A stretch of 21,246 nucleotides of DNA from positions 1-21,246 of the forward strand of contig JBGAQA010000108.1 of the NCBI GenBank assembly GCA_044220955.1. The letters run 5' to 3'. Positions 1 to 8,534 of this stretch are shown here, piece by piece (positions within the stretch are counted from its first letter, which is position 1; every line of letters starts with the position of its first letter). The position numbers were made by a program, and so were the translations under genes. The stretch is from Sandaracinaceae bacterium. Lineage in GTDB: Bacteria; Myxococcota_A; Polyangia; Polyangiales; Sandaracinaceae. Under the pieces are notes generated by a model, which was not told the origin of the DNA, did no database searches, and worked only from the letters and a program-made list of their open reading frames with translations.

Positions 1-1
1 C

Positions 2-151
2 CAGGACAGCGACGCGGTGATCCGTCGCCGCATGGCAAGCGCGGAGGAAGAAATCTCCCACGCGCCGGAGTTCGATTACGTTATAATTAACAAAGACTTC
101 GATGAGGCCAAGAAGGACCTTCAGGCCATCATCCGGGTCGCGCGGCTGCGC
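2..151 (+). pseudogene. gmk: Guanylate kinase C-terminal fragment, open at the window start and lacking its normal end/stop (probably a chimeric contig end)
   Basis: Frame +2 reads QDSDAVIRRRMASAEEEISHAPEFDYVIINKDFDEAKKDLQAIIRVARLR, the typical Gmk C-terminal pattern (DS..VI.RR..A..E.....FDYVIIN.DF..A..DL..II...RL). Resemblance ends at ~151 and the frame continues as antisense of another gene. Confidence 0.8.
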
Positions 152-925
152 GTCCGTTGGGGCGGGTTGACCGCTGCGGCCATGGTCCCGCAGCCATTGA
201 TCCACCCCGCGCAACGTGTCCTCGACTCGGTCCTCGACTCGGTCCTCGTCGCGCTCGTCATTCGCATCGTCGACGCTCTCGCCCTCCTCGGCGTCGCCGG
301 ACGGCGAGCTCTCCGGTTCCGCATCGGTCTCGGCCGGCTCGGGCTCTGGCTCGTAGGGCGCGACGTCCGGGCTGACTCCGCCGTCGGTGGGGCCAAAGAC
401 GAGAGACCACCAGATCCTGGCGAGCACCAAGCCGAACGGCTCGGCCGGGGGCGTGTCGCGGTCCGAGGCGACGAGTCCTCCTCGGTCGATGCCCAACGCC
501 GCGTGCTTCCCGGCTGCGTCACCGAACGCGCTCCAGTCGAATTCGTCCCCAGCGCCGTATCCGCCCCGCCGTGTCGGCCGTGCGAGCGCATCGCTCGCAC
601 CGAGCTCGATGGCCGCGCGCTCGATCTCCGGCAGGATGTGCAGCTCACCTGCGGCGCGGAGGTCGGCGATCACACGCATGATGTTCGCGAGCTCGCTGTC
701 CGGGATGCGGAGCGCCCCGCGATCGATCGCCGGCCCGCCCCCGATGGGCGACGACGCACCCAGCGTGAGGTCGTCCGCGCCCGTCGCGGCGCCGAGGCTC
801 GTCATGACGGTGCGGTCGATGAAGCGTCGGGACTCGGGCGAGAAATAGGGCAGGTTCGGGTCGACCGCGTCGGCGTTCTCGAGGAACCAGCGCGCTTGCG
901 GGTCGGGGACGTAGCGGTCGGCCAT
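2..925 (-). CDS. Hypothetical protein with an acidic low-complexity region; 3' end not seen (no stop before the window edge; sequence below ~125 probably foreign)
   Basis: Not in the ORF track. ATG at 925 follows GGAAGGA (SD-like). Translation MADRYVPDPQARWFLENADAVDPNLPYFSPESRRFIDRTVM...LARIWWSLVFG...EPEPEPAETDAEPESS...EDRVEDRVED has natural composition, unlike the overlapping Arg-rich shadow ORFs. Confidence 0.7.
   Translation of the reverse strand, partial: MADRYVPDPQARWFLENADAVDPNLPYFSPESRRFIDRTVMTSLGAATGADDLTLGASSPIGGGPAIDRGALRIPDSELANIMRVIADLRAAGELHILPEIERAAIELGASDALARPTRRGGYGAGDEFDWSAFGDAAGKHAALGIDRGGLVASDRDTPPAEPFGLVLARIWWSLVFGPTDGGVSPDVAPYEPEPEPAETDAEPESSPSGDAEEGESVDDANDERDEDRVEDRVEDTLRGVDQWLRDHGRSGQPAPTDAQPRDPDDGLKVLLGLIEVFVNYNVIELRRVGDFFLRACHAATDHRVAVL
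218..248. repeat. 12-bp tandem repeat (GTCCTCGACTCG x2.5) encoding EDRV-EDRV-ED on the minus strand
   Basis: Directly visible; the unit length is a multiple of 3 and it lies in the acidic tract of the 925 ORF. Confidence 0.75.
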
Positions 926-960
926 GATCCTTCCGGGATACGCCAGGTGCGCGCGGAGCG

Positions 961-978
961 AAAGACCCCCGCGGGGGC
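961..978 (-). terminator. Possible weak intrinsic terminator after the aldehyde dehydrogenase
   Basis: Minus strand GCCCCC-GC-GGGGGT followed by CTTT, ~20 nt after the stop at 999. The U-tract is short. Confidence 0.3.
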
Positions 979-998
979 ATCGCTCAGCTCGAGGCGTC

Positions 999-2513
999 TC
1001 AGAGGAACTCGACGCCCTGCGCGAGCGGCAGGTCCTTGCCCCAGTTCACGGTGCACGTCTGCCGGCGCATGTACGTCTTCCACGCGTCCGAGCCCGACTC
1101 GCGGCCGCCGCCGGTGTCCTTCTCGCCGCCGAACGCGCCGCCGATCTCCGCGCCGCTCGTGCCGATGTTCACGTTCGCGATGCCGCAGTCGCTGCCCATC
1201 GGCGAGAGGAACGTCTCGGCCGCGCGCACGCTGTCGGTGAAGATCGCGCTCGAGAGGCCCTGGGACACGGCGTTGTTCGCGGCGATCGCGTCCTCGAGCG
1301 CGTCCACCTCGAACACGTAGAGGATCGGCGCGAACGTCTCCTCCCACGCGATGGGGAACTTCGCGTGCGCGGGGGCGCGGACGATCGTGGGCGTGACGAA
1401 GTGGCCGGGCCCCGGGACGCGCGCGCCGCCGCAGAGCACCTGGCCGCCCTGCGCCTTCGCCGCCGCGACGGCGTCTTCGTAGCGCTTCACCGCGTGCTCG
1501 CTGACGAGCGGCCCCATGAGCACGCCCTTCTCGAGCGGGTCGCCGATCTTCACGCTGCCGTACGCGGCGACGAGGCGCTCGGTGAGCCGGCCCGCGACGC
1601 CCTTCTGCACGAAGAGGCGCCGCGTCGTCGTGCAGCGCTGGCCCGCCGTGCCGACCGCGCCGAACGTGATCGCCCGCGTGGCGAGGTCGAGGTCCGCGTC
1701 GTCCATCACCACGATCGCGTTGTTGCCGCCGAGCTCGAGCAGCGAGCGGCCGAGGCGGCCCGCGACGTCACGGGCGACCGCCCGCCCGATGGCCGAGCTG
1801 CCCGTGAACGACACGAGCGGGATGCGCGCGTCGCTCGCCATCCACTGCCCGACCTCGGCGCCGCCCACGCAGAGCTGGAACACGCCCTCGGTGCCGGTCT
1901 CCTTCATCGCGCGCTCGCAGATCGCGTGGACGGCGACGGCGCAGAGCGGCGTGTGGGGCGAGGGCTTCCAGATCACGGTGTCGCCGCAGACGGCGGCGAG
2001 CGCGGCGTTCCACGCCCACACGGCGACCGGGAAGTTGAACGCGGTGATCACCGCGACGGGGCCGAGCGGGTGCCACTGCTCCATCATCCGGTGGCGCGGC
2101 CGCTCGCTCGCGATGGTGAGCCCGTAGAGCTGTCGCGAGAGGCCGACCGCGAGCTCGCAGATGTCGATCATCTCCTGGACCTCGCCGAGGCCCTCGCTGC
2201 GGATCTTGCCCATCTCCGTCGAGACCAGCTCGCCGAGCGCGTCCTTGTTCTCGCGCAAGAGCTCGCCGAGGCGGCGGACCAGCGCGCCGCGTCGTGGGGC
2301 GGGCATCATGCGGAAGGCGGCGAAGGTGCGCTGCGCGCTCTCGACCACCGCGTCGTAGTCCCCGCGCGCGGCGCTCCCGACCTCGCCGAGCGCCATCCCG
2401 GTGGAGGGGCTCGTGCTCGTGATCGCGGGGCCGCTGCCCGTGCGGCCACTGACGCCGGAGAGCGGTCCGGCGAGGCCGAGCTGGGTGCGGAGCGAGTCGA
2501 GCTGGGTCGTCAT
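999..2513 (-). CDS. Aldehyde dehydrogenase, ALDH7/antiquitin type (alpha-aminoadipate semialdehyde / piperideine-6-carboxylate dehydrogenase-like)
   Basis: GEVQEMIDIC, GLSRQLYGLTIASERP.HRMMEQWHPLG, ITAFNFPVAVWAWN, SFTGS, catalytic LELGGNNA and GTAGQRCTTTRR, EETFAP, SDCGIANVNIGTSGAEIGGAFGGEKDTGGGRESGSDAWK are ALDH7-subfamily motifs. Start placed at MTTQLD (504 aa). Confidence 0.93.
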   Translation of the reverse strand: MTTQLDSLRTQLGLAGPLSGVSGRTGSGPAITSTSPSTGMALGEVGSAARGDYDAVVESAQRTFAAFRMMPAPRRGALVRRLGELLRENKDALGELVSTEMGKIRSEGLGEVQEMIDICELAVGLSRQLYGLTIASERPRHRMMEQWHPLGPVAVITAFNFPVAVWAWNAALAAVCGDTVIWKPSPHTPLCAVAVHAICERAMKETGTEGVFQLCVGGAEVGQWMASDARIPLVSFTGSSAIGRAVARDVAGRLGRSLLELGGNNAIVVMDDADLDLATRAITFGAVGTAGQRCTTTRRLFVQKGVAGRLTERLVAAYGSVKIGDPLEKGVLMGPLVSEHAVKRYEDAVAAAKAQGGQVLCGGARVPGPGHFVTPTIVRAPAHAKFPIAWEETFAPILYVFEVDALEDAIAANNAVSQGLSSAIFTDSVRAAETFLSPMGSDCGIANVNIGTSGAEIGGAFGGEKDTGGGRESGSDAWKTYMRRQTCTVNWGKDLPLAQGVEFL

Positions 2514-2633
2514 GGGAGCGGTGTCCGTCGGGCGCGATTGTGGGACACGGCGCCGGATCGCGCACGCGCCGCGAGCGCGGTGACGTCGAGCGCGTATCGC
2601 GCGATCGGCGCCCGCTCGCACGAGCTCGCCGAT

Positions 2634-3209
2634 CTATGCCGGCGAGCTCCGATCGCCCGGGCTGTTGAGGTTCTCCACCGCGCCGACGTCGTCGACCGGC
2701 ACGAGCGTCGGGACCAGGCCCGCGCGCGCGAGCGCATCCTTGAGTGACGTGGCGTCGTCCTGCGCGAGCACGGCGCGCGCGGCCTCCGCCGAGAGCCGCA
2801 GGGGGTGGCCGCGGCGAGCTGCCACGCAGGGAGCGGCGCACGCCGAGTCGATCGCGAGCAGCGCGCGCACCGTCGTCGGGCGCAGCGCGGGGTGGTCGAC
2901 GAGCGAGAGAAGGACGCACTCGGCGCCGTCCTCCAGCGCCGCCGCGATCCCGAGGCGCGCGGACGAGAGCTGCCCCGAGGCCCAGTCGGCGTTGTGTACG
3001 CGACGCACGCGCGCGGGCAGGGCGCGGCCGACCTCGCTCGCGTGCGCGCCGACGACGACGTACACGATGCCGGCGCCTCCCGCCTCGAGCGTGCTCGCGG
3101 CGCGCTCCACCCACGTCCGGTCACCGTCGCGGATCAGCTGCTTGAGCTCGCCCATCCGGCGCGATGCGCCTGCCGCGAGGACGACGCCGGCGATGCTCGG
3201 CGCGGGCAT
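2634..3209 (-). CDS. mocA: Molybdenum cofactor cytidylyltransferase-like nucleotidyltransferase (MocA/YgfJ, NTP_transf_3)
   Basis: GVVLAAGASRRMG..KQL, N.DW..GQLSS, L.LVDHP, RRGHP, N.N.P.D; lies in the xanthine-oxidase-family cluster, whose enzymes use MCD. Confidence 0.85.
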   Translation of the reverse strand: MPAPSIAGVVLAAGASRRMGELKQLIRDGDRTWVERAASTLEAGGAGIVYVVVGAHASEVGRALPARVRRVHNADWASGQLSSARLGIAAALEDGAECVLLSLVDHPALRPTTVRALLAIDSACAAPCVAARRGHPLRLSAEAARAVLAQDDATSLKDALARAGLVPTLVPVDDVGAVENLNSPGDRSSPA

Positions 3210-3213
3210 CGCT

Positions 3214-4446
3214 CTAGGTGGAGTGCCGCTCGCAGACCGCCATGATCTGCGCCTCGGTGAGGACGGTGTCGCCCGACTTCGCCAGCTCGAGCAGCGCCTG
3301 CACCGTGTCTTCGTTCGCCGTGATCCCGTGCGCGGCGAGCCACGCCTGGACGTTCGCGCGCCCGCTGTAGTAGCCGATCTCGATCACCTGCTTCTCGCCG
3401 ATCTCGCGCGCGGGCATCGCCGAGTAGACGCGGTCGGCGAGGTCGGGTCGGCCCGCGACCATCGCCTTGGCGATCGCGGCGGCGTGGACGCCCGTCGCCG
3501 TGCGGAACGCGTCCGCACCGAAGGCCGGGTAGCTGTGGGGGATGGGGACACCGTAGAGGCGCGAGACGGCGTGCACGTAGTCGCGGAGCGGGCGCAGATC
3601 GCGCTCGACGAGACCGAGCAGCTTGAGGTTCAAGAGGAGCAGGTCGATCGGCGCGTTCCCGACGCGCTCGCCCACTCCGAGGCAGGTGCCGTGCACGCGG
3701 TCGACGCCGAGCTCGAGCGCGGTGAGGCAGAGCGCGAGCGAGAGGCCACGATCGTTGTGACCGTGCCAGTCGAGGGCGACCGTCGCGCCGGACTCCAGGA
3801 TGACCTCGCGCGCGAACTTCACGAGGTTGAAGAGCCCGTCGGGCGTCGCGTGACCGACCGTGTCGGTGAGCACGAGGCGCGTCGCGCCGTGGTCGATGGC
3901 CGCGCGCCAGAGGTCCCGGAGCGTCGCCGGCTCGGAGCGGATCGTGTCCTCGGTGACGAACGTGGCGGGCAGCCCTGCTCTCACCGCGAGATCCATCGCG
4001 TCGGTCGCGAGCTTGCGCATGTGATCGGCGTCCCAGCGCTCGACCAGCTTGCGCACCGGGGACGAGCCGAGGAAGGCGCACACCTCGATCGCCACGCCCG
4101 TGCGCGCGGAGATCTCGATCACGGCGCGGACGTCGGCCGGGTGCGTGCGCGCCGCGCAGTTCGGCCGCACGCGCAGGTGCTGGTCGCGGATCTCCTCGAC
4201 GAGGCGCGTGACGTCGGCCACGGCGCGTGCTCCGGCGCCAGGGAGGCCGACGTTCGCGTACTCGATGCCCAGCGACTCCATGCAATGGAGCAGCTCGAGC
4301 TTTCCCTCGATCGAGGGATTGCGCACCGAGGGGGACTGGATGCCGTCTCGGAGCGTCTCGTCGTCCAGCGTGAAGCCCGCCCGGATCGGCGGCGCGTTCC
4401 GCGCGGCCTCGTTCCAGTCGTAGACGAGCTCGTCTCGCTCGCTCAC
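3214..4446 (-). CDS. LeuA/homocitrate synthase family (DRE-TIM) 2-oxoacid:acetyl-CoA condensing enzyme, short form without C-terminal regulatory domain
   Basis: DETLRDGIQS, EDTIRS, LTDTVG, HGHNDRG, GVGERVGNAP, AFRTATGVHAAAI. GTG at 4446 overlaps the upstream TGA (GTGA); 410 aa. Confidence 0.9.
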   Translation of the reverse strand: MSERDELVYDWNEAARNAPPIRAGFTLDDETLRDGIQSPSVRNPSIEGKLELLHCMESLGIEYANVGLPGAGARAVADVTRLVEEIRDQHLRVRPNCAARTHPADVRAVIEISARTGVAIEVCAFLGSSPVRKLVERWDADHMRKLATDAMDLAVRAGLPATFVTEDTIRSEPATLRDLWRAAIDHGATRLVLTDTVGHATPDGLFNLVKFAREVILESGATVALDWHGHNDRGLSLALCLTALELGVDRVHGTCLGVGERVGNAPIDLLLLNLKLLGLVERDLRPLRDYVHAVSRLYGVPIPHSYPAFGADAFRTATGVHAAAIAKAMVAGRPDLADRVYSAMPAREIGEKQVIEIGYYSGRANVQAWLAAHGITANEDTVQALLELAKSGDTVLTEAQIMAVCERHST

Positions 4447-5435
4447 GAGCCGCTCCGCGCGAGCAGCGAGCGCACCGCGCGACGCGCCTCGACGGCGGCG
4501 CGCTCGCGGCGATAGGCCGGATCGTAGGGCAGGTTCGGCAGCGTCTTGGCCTGCGCGAACGCGATCTGCCCCACGCGCGCCGCCAGCGCTTCGTCGAGAG
4601 CAGAGCCCGCGAGGTCGTCGAGCAGCGCGACCTTGGGCTTGGGCCCGAGCGCCCCGAGCACGAGCTTGCCGCCCGTGACCGCGCCGCTCTGCGCGCGATC
4701 GAGCCGGACGGCGAGCGAGACGAGCGGGAAGTCGATCGCGCGCCGGACGGACCACTTGCGGGCCGCGCAGAGCGTCGTCGGGGGCGGGATCCGCACGCGG
4801 ACGCGCGTCACGATCTCGGAGGCGCCGAGCCGCAGAGGGGCCGCGCCGTCGCTCGCTCGGATCTCCTCCACCGGCACGACGCGTGTACCGCCCGGTCCGC
4901 GCAGCTCGACGCGCGCTTCGTACGCCACGAGCGCGGGCAGCGTGTCGCACGAGAGGGCCGCGACGCAGTCCTGCCCGCCGGGGACGACGTGGCACGCGTC
5001 TCCGTGGGACTTCAGGCACCCCCCGAGCGCCTCCCGGAACAGCTCCGACTGGTTCACGTACTGGCAACGCGTGTCGAGGCAGAGGTTGCCGCCGAGCGTC
5101 CCCATCCGCCGGAGCTGGGGCGACGCCGCGGACGCCGCAGCCTCCGCGAGCGCCGGGAGGCTCGCGCGCACGAGAGGATCGAGCGAGATCTCGTCCAGCG
5201 TCGCGCCCGCGCCCAGGACGAGCTCGTCGCCCTGCCGGCTCACCCCGCGCAGCTCCGTCAGCCGACGCAGCGAGACGAGGACCGTCGCGCGTGGTGGCAG
5301 ACCGAGCTTCAGGTTCGGCAGCACGTCCGTGCCGCCCGCCAGCACACGCGCATCGCTCCCGTGCTCCGCGAGCTGCGCGATCGCCTCGTCGAGGGTGGCG
5401 GGCACGAGCAGAGCGAAGGGGGCGAGCCGCAGCAT
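4443..5435 (-). CDS. Xanthine dehydrogenase family FAD-binding subunit with [4Fe-4S] insertion (4-hydroxybenzoyl-CoA reductase beta/HcrB-like)
   Basis: LAGGTDVLPNLK, ASPQLRRMGTLGGNLC, insertion C-x15-C-x7-C-x8-C, R.AIDFP. ATG at 5435 overlaps the upstream stop (TGATG); 330 aa. Confidence 0.92.
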   Translation of the reverse strand: MLRLAPFALLVPATLDEAIAQLAEHGSDARVLAGGTDVLPNLKLGLPPRATVLVSLRRLTELRGVSRQGDELVLGAGATLDEISLDPLVRASLPALAEAAASAASPQLRRMGTLGGNLCLDTRCQYVNQSELFREALGGCLKSHGDACHVVPGGQDCVAALSCDTLPALVAYEARVELRGPGGTRVVPVEEIRASDGAAPLRLGASEIVTRVRVRIPPPTTLCAARKWSVRRAIDFPLVSLAVRLDRAQSGAVTGGKLVLGALGPKPKVALLDDLAGSALDEALAARVGQIAFAQAKTLPNLPYDPAYRRERAAVEARRAVRSLLARSGS

Positions 5436-7804
5436 CAGCGCGCCTCCTGCGGCGAGCTCTGCTGGCGCAGCGCAGCGAGGATCTTGGCGGGTGTGATGGG
5501 CAGCTCGTCGATCCGCACGCCGACGGCGTCGAACACGGCGTTCGCGATGGCCGGCAGGATCGGGTGGAGCGGACCCTCGCCCGCCTCCTTCGCGCCGTGC
5601 GGGCCGCGCGGGTCGGGCTTCTCCACGATGATCGAGTGGATCGGGGGCGTGTCGAGGAACGTGGGCAGACGGTAGTCGAGCAGCGACGACGCGCTCAGCA
5701 GGCCCTCGACCGGCGGGCCCGCCTGGCGTCGGCCTCGCGCGTCGAGCGGCGCCATCGGCATCGCCTCGTGGTGCTCGAAGAGCGCCTCGCCGAGCCCCAT
5801 GTAGACGGCGCCCTCGATCTGGCCCTCGACGAGCACGGGCGACAGAGCGCGTCCGCAGTCGTGGGCCGCCCAGACCTCGATCACGCGGACCTCCCCGGTC
5901 TCCTCGTCGACCTCGACCTCGGCGACGTGCGCGGTGAACGAGTAGGCGGGGGAGGCGCCGATCGTGCCTCCGCGGTATCCACCGTGGACCTCGGTGCGCG
6001 GCGTGTCGTAGTGCCCGACGCTCCCGAGCGTGCCGAACTTCGCCTCGGCGAGCGCGAACGCCTCCTCGATGGGCATGAACACGGACGGGTCGTCGAGGCG
6101 CTGGGCACGACGGTCGGCGAGCACGACGTCGCGCGTCGTACACTCCCACTTCGTGGCCACGACCTGGCGCACCTTCGCCCCGAGGTCCCGCGCGGCCATG
6201 AGACAGGCGTTGCCGGCCATCAGCGTCACGCGCGACGAGTACGAGCCGAGATCGACGGGGCAGAGGTCGGTGTCGGCGGCGACGACGCGCACGTCCTCGA
6301 GCGCGACGCCGAGCTCGTCGGCGACGAGGACGGCGAGCACGGTGCTGCTGCCCTGCCCGATGTCGGAGGTGCCCGCGAACACGCGCACGCGCCCGGAGCG
6401 ATCGATGCAGAGCTGCACCGCGCTCTGCGGCAGATCGCTCGGGTAGATGCAGTAGTTCGTGCCGGAGATGTAGGTCGATCCTGCGACACCGAGGCCGCGG
6501 CCCCGGCCGAGCCTGCCGCGCCGCTCCCTCCATCCGGACGCGCGCTCGACGGCCTCGAGGCACTCGAGGAAGCCGCTCGATCCCACGTGGAAGCCGTTGA
6601 TCGTGACCGTGTTCTCCCCGAGGAAGTTGCGACGGCGCAGCTCGATCGGGTCGATCGCGAGCGCGCAGGCCGCCTTGTCGAGCTGCACCTCGATCGCGAA
6701 GCGCGGCTGCACCGAGCCGTGTCCGCGCTTGGGGCCGCAGGCCGGCTTGTTGGTGTACACGCGCGTGGAGTCGAAGCGGAACGACTCGAAGCGGTAGGGA
6801 GAGCCGAGCAGCTGCCCGCTGTAGTACGTCGTCACGAGCCCGAACGACGAGTACGCGCCGCCGTCGATGATGCTCTTGGCGTCGACGGCCAGGATGCGTC
6901 CGTCGCGATCGAAGCCCGTCCGGTAGTGCATGTCGAAGGGATGGCGGCCTCGATGGGCGAGGAAGACCTCCTCGCGCGAGTAGAGGAACTTCACCGGCCG
7001 CCCGGTCTTGATCGCGAGCTTGGCCGCGCAGAACTCGAGATCGAAGGGCTCGCTCTTGCCGCCGAACGCGCCGCCGACGGCGGGCTGGATGACGCGGATG
7101 CGGTGCGAGGGGAGCCCGAGCACCCGGCTCAGCTCGCGGTGCAGGTAGTGCGGCACCTGCGTCGCCGACCAGACGGTGAGCAGCGAGCTCCCGTCGTAGC
7201 TCGCCAGCGCGCAGTGAGGCTCGATGGGGGCATGGGTGGAGCCGTGGAAGTAGTAGTGCCCCTCGACCACCAGGTGCGCCGTGTCGAGGAGTCGATCGAC
7301 GTCGCCGAACTCCAGGCGCACGGCCTTGGAGACGTTGCCGTGCTTGTTGTCCTCGTGGATCCGCGTCTCGGGCGCCGCGAGCGCTGCCTCGGGCGTGGCG
7401 AGCGCAGGGAGCACCTCGTAGTCGACGCGAACGAGGCGCAGCGCCTGGGCCGCGACGTCCTCGCTGACCGCCGCGACCGCCGCGACCGCGTCGCCGACGT
7501 AGCGGACCTTCTTCACGGCGAGCGCCTGCTCGTCCGGGGTCCAGGGGATGATGCCGTAGGGCGTCGGCATCTCCGCGCCGACGACGATGCCGTGGACGCC
7601 CGGCAGGGCCTCGGCCGCGCTCGTGTCGATCGCGCGGATGCGCGCGTGCGCGTGCGGCGAGCGGAGGATGCGGCCGTGCAGCATCCGCGGCAGGGTGAGA
7701 TCGTCGGTGTAGCGAGCCGCGCCGGTCACGCGCTCCATTCCGTCGACCTTGCGGTGGGCCTTGCCCACGAGGCCGGGCGAGCTGGGCTTGCCGCTAGCGT
7801 CCAC
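5435..7804 (-). CDS. Xanthine dehydrogenase family molybdopterin-binding subunit (4-hydroxybenzoyl-CoA reductase alpha/HcrA-like)
   Basis: VTGAARYTDD, LRSPHAHARI, ATQVP, VGGAFGGK, HRGRHP, KRGHG, DIGQGS, GSYSSRVTLMAGNA, EGQIEG, GPHGAKEAGEG (catalytic Glu), LPITP. Confidence 0.95.
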   Translation of the reverse strand: MDASGKPSSPGLVGKAHRKVDGMERVTGAARYTDDLTLPRMLHGRILRSPHAHARIRAIDTSAAEALPGVHGIVVGAEMPTPYGIIPWTPDEQALAVKKVRYVGDAVAAVAAVSEDVAAQALRLVRVDYEVLPALATPEAALAAPETRIHEDNKHGNVSKAVRLEFGDVDRLLDTAHLVVEGHYYFHGSTHAPIEPHCALASYDGSSLLTVWSATQVPHYLHRELSRVLGLPSHRIRVIQPAVGGAFGGKSEPFDLEFCAAKLAIKTGRPVKFLYSREEVFLAHRGRHPFDMHYRTGFDRDGRILAVDAKSIIDGGAYSSFGLVTTYYSGQLLGSPYRFESFRFDSTRVYTNKPACGPKRGHGSVQPRFAIEVQLDKAACALAIDPIELRRRNFLGENTVTINGFHVGSSGFLECLEAVERASGWRERRGRLGRGRGLGVAGSTYISGTNYCIYPSDLPQSAVQLCIDRSGRVRVFAGTSDIGQGSSTVLAVLVADELGVALEDVRVVAADTDLCPVDLGSYSSRVTLMAGNACLMAARDLGAKVRQVVATKWECTTRDVVLADRRAQRLDDPSVFMPIEEAFALAEAKFGTLGSVGHYDTPRTEVHGGYRGGTIGASPAYSFTAHVAEVEVDEETGEVRVIEVWAAHDCGRALSPVLVEGQIEGAVYMGLGEALFEHHEAMPMAPLDARGRRQAGPPVEGLLSASSLLDYRLPTFLDTPPIHSIIVEKPDPRGPHGAKEAGEGPLHPILPAIANAVFDAVGVRIDELPITPAKILAALRQQSSPQEAR

Positions 7805-8336
7805 GGCGCAGCCTCTCGCCGAGGACGTGCGGCGCGGCGTCGGCGACCGCGTCCACGATCTTCACGTAGCCCGTGCAGCGACAGAGGTTGCCGCTGAGCG
7901 CTCGCTCGATCTCCTCGCGGCTCAGCTCCGTCGCGCCCTGCGCGGCGCGCTCGTCCAGCAGGGCCGCGCTGCTCATCAGCATCCCGGGCGTGCAGAAGCC
8001 GCACTGCGCGGCGCCGTGCCGGTCGAACGCGTCCTGGAGCGGGTGCGGTCGTCCGCCGAGGCCCAGCCCCTCGACCGTTCGCACCTCACGCCCGCTCGCC
8101 TCGAGCGCGAGCACCAGGCACGAGAGCACGGCCCGCCCGTCGAGCAGCACCGTGCACGCTCCGCAGTCGCCCTTGTCGCAGCCTTGCTTGGTGCCGGTGA
8201 GCCCGAGGGCGTAGCGGAGCAGCTCGAGCAGCGTCCAGTGGGTCGGCACCGCGACCGTGACGTCTTCGCCGTTGACTCGCAGCGTGCACACCCCCGTGTC
8301 GGTGCTCACAACCGGCGCGCGACCGAGATCACTCAC
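7794..8336 (-). CDS. (2Fe-2S)-binding small subunit of the molybdoenzyme (CoxS/HcrC-like)
   Basis: GTKQGCDKGDCGACTV...SCL, QCGFCTPG, GNLCRCTGY: two [2Fe-2S] sites. Overlaps the Mo-subunit start by 11 nt. Exact start uncertain. Confidence 0.95.
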   Translation of the reverse strand: MSDLGRAPVVSTDTGVCTLRVNGEDVTVAVPTHWTLLELLRYALGLTGTKQGCDKGDCGACTVLLDGRAVLSCLVLALEASGREVRTVEGLGLGGRPHPLQDAFDRHGAAQCGFCTPGMLMSSAALLDERAAQGATELSREEIERALSGNLCRCTGYVKIVDAVADAAPHVLGERLRRGR

Positions 8337-8347
8337 GCGGCCAGCGC

Positions 8348-8364
8348 ATGCAAAAAAATCACCA
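8348..8364 (-). promoter_or_regulatory. Candidate sigma54 (-24/-12) promoter for the molybdoenzyme operon
   Basis: Minus strand TGG-TGATTTTT-TTGCAT has exact GG-N10-GC spacing and a perfect TTGCA, but the CACG after GG is not matched. Confidence 0.4.
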
Positions 8365-8525
8365 CGCTCGCGTCCCCGCGGGTCCTCGCGCGCGCGTCCT
8401 CGGGTGCGACGCGTTTGCGCGAGCCGGAGCGCGCGCGCGCAATTCGTGCGTGTGCGCCGTGTCCAAGCTCACTGCGCGCGCACGTGCGCACACGGTGGGC
8501 GGCGGGCAGGCCGCTGCGAGGGCCA

Positions 8526-8534
8526 TGCTAGCGT
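8526..8534 (+). promoter_or_regulatory. Extended -10 element directly before a leaderless start
   Basis: TGcTAGCGT, 7 nt before ATG 8542; no SD. Confidence 0.5.

Noticed and set aside
17..1240. 407-aa ORF as a Gmk fusion protein
   Set aside because: Only the first ~45 aa are Gmk. The rest is antisense read-through of the 925 gene and the ALDH.
4447..6563. N-terminal extensions of the LeuA-like (to 5067) and FAD-subunit (to 6563) ORFs suggesting fusions or frameshifts
   Set aside because: The extensions overlap the upstream genes in other frames. Coupled starts at 4446 and 5435 explain the layout.
4443..8336. Aerobic CO dehydrogenase (coxMSL)
   Set aside because: The active-site loop is CGPKRGHG, not AYxCSFR or AYxGAGR.
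8385..8492. CG-alternating runs and palindromes (e.g. GCGCACGTGCGC) as operators
   Set aside because: Such runs occur throughout this GC-rich window, including inside genes, so there is no specific support.
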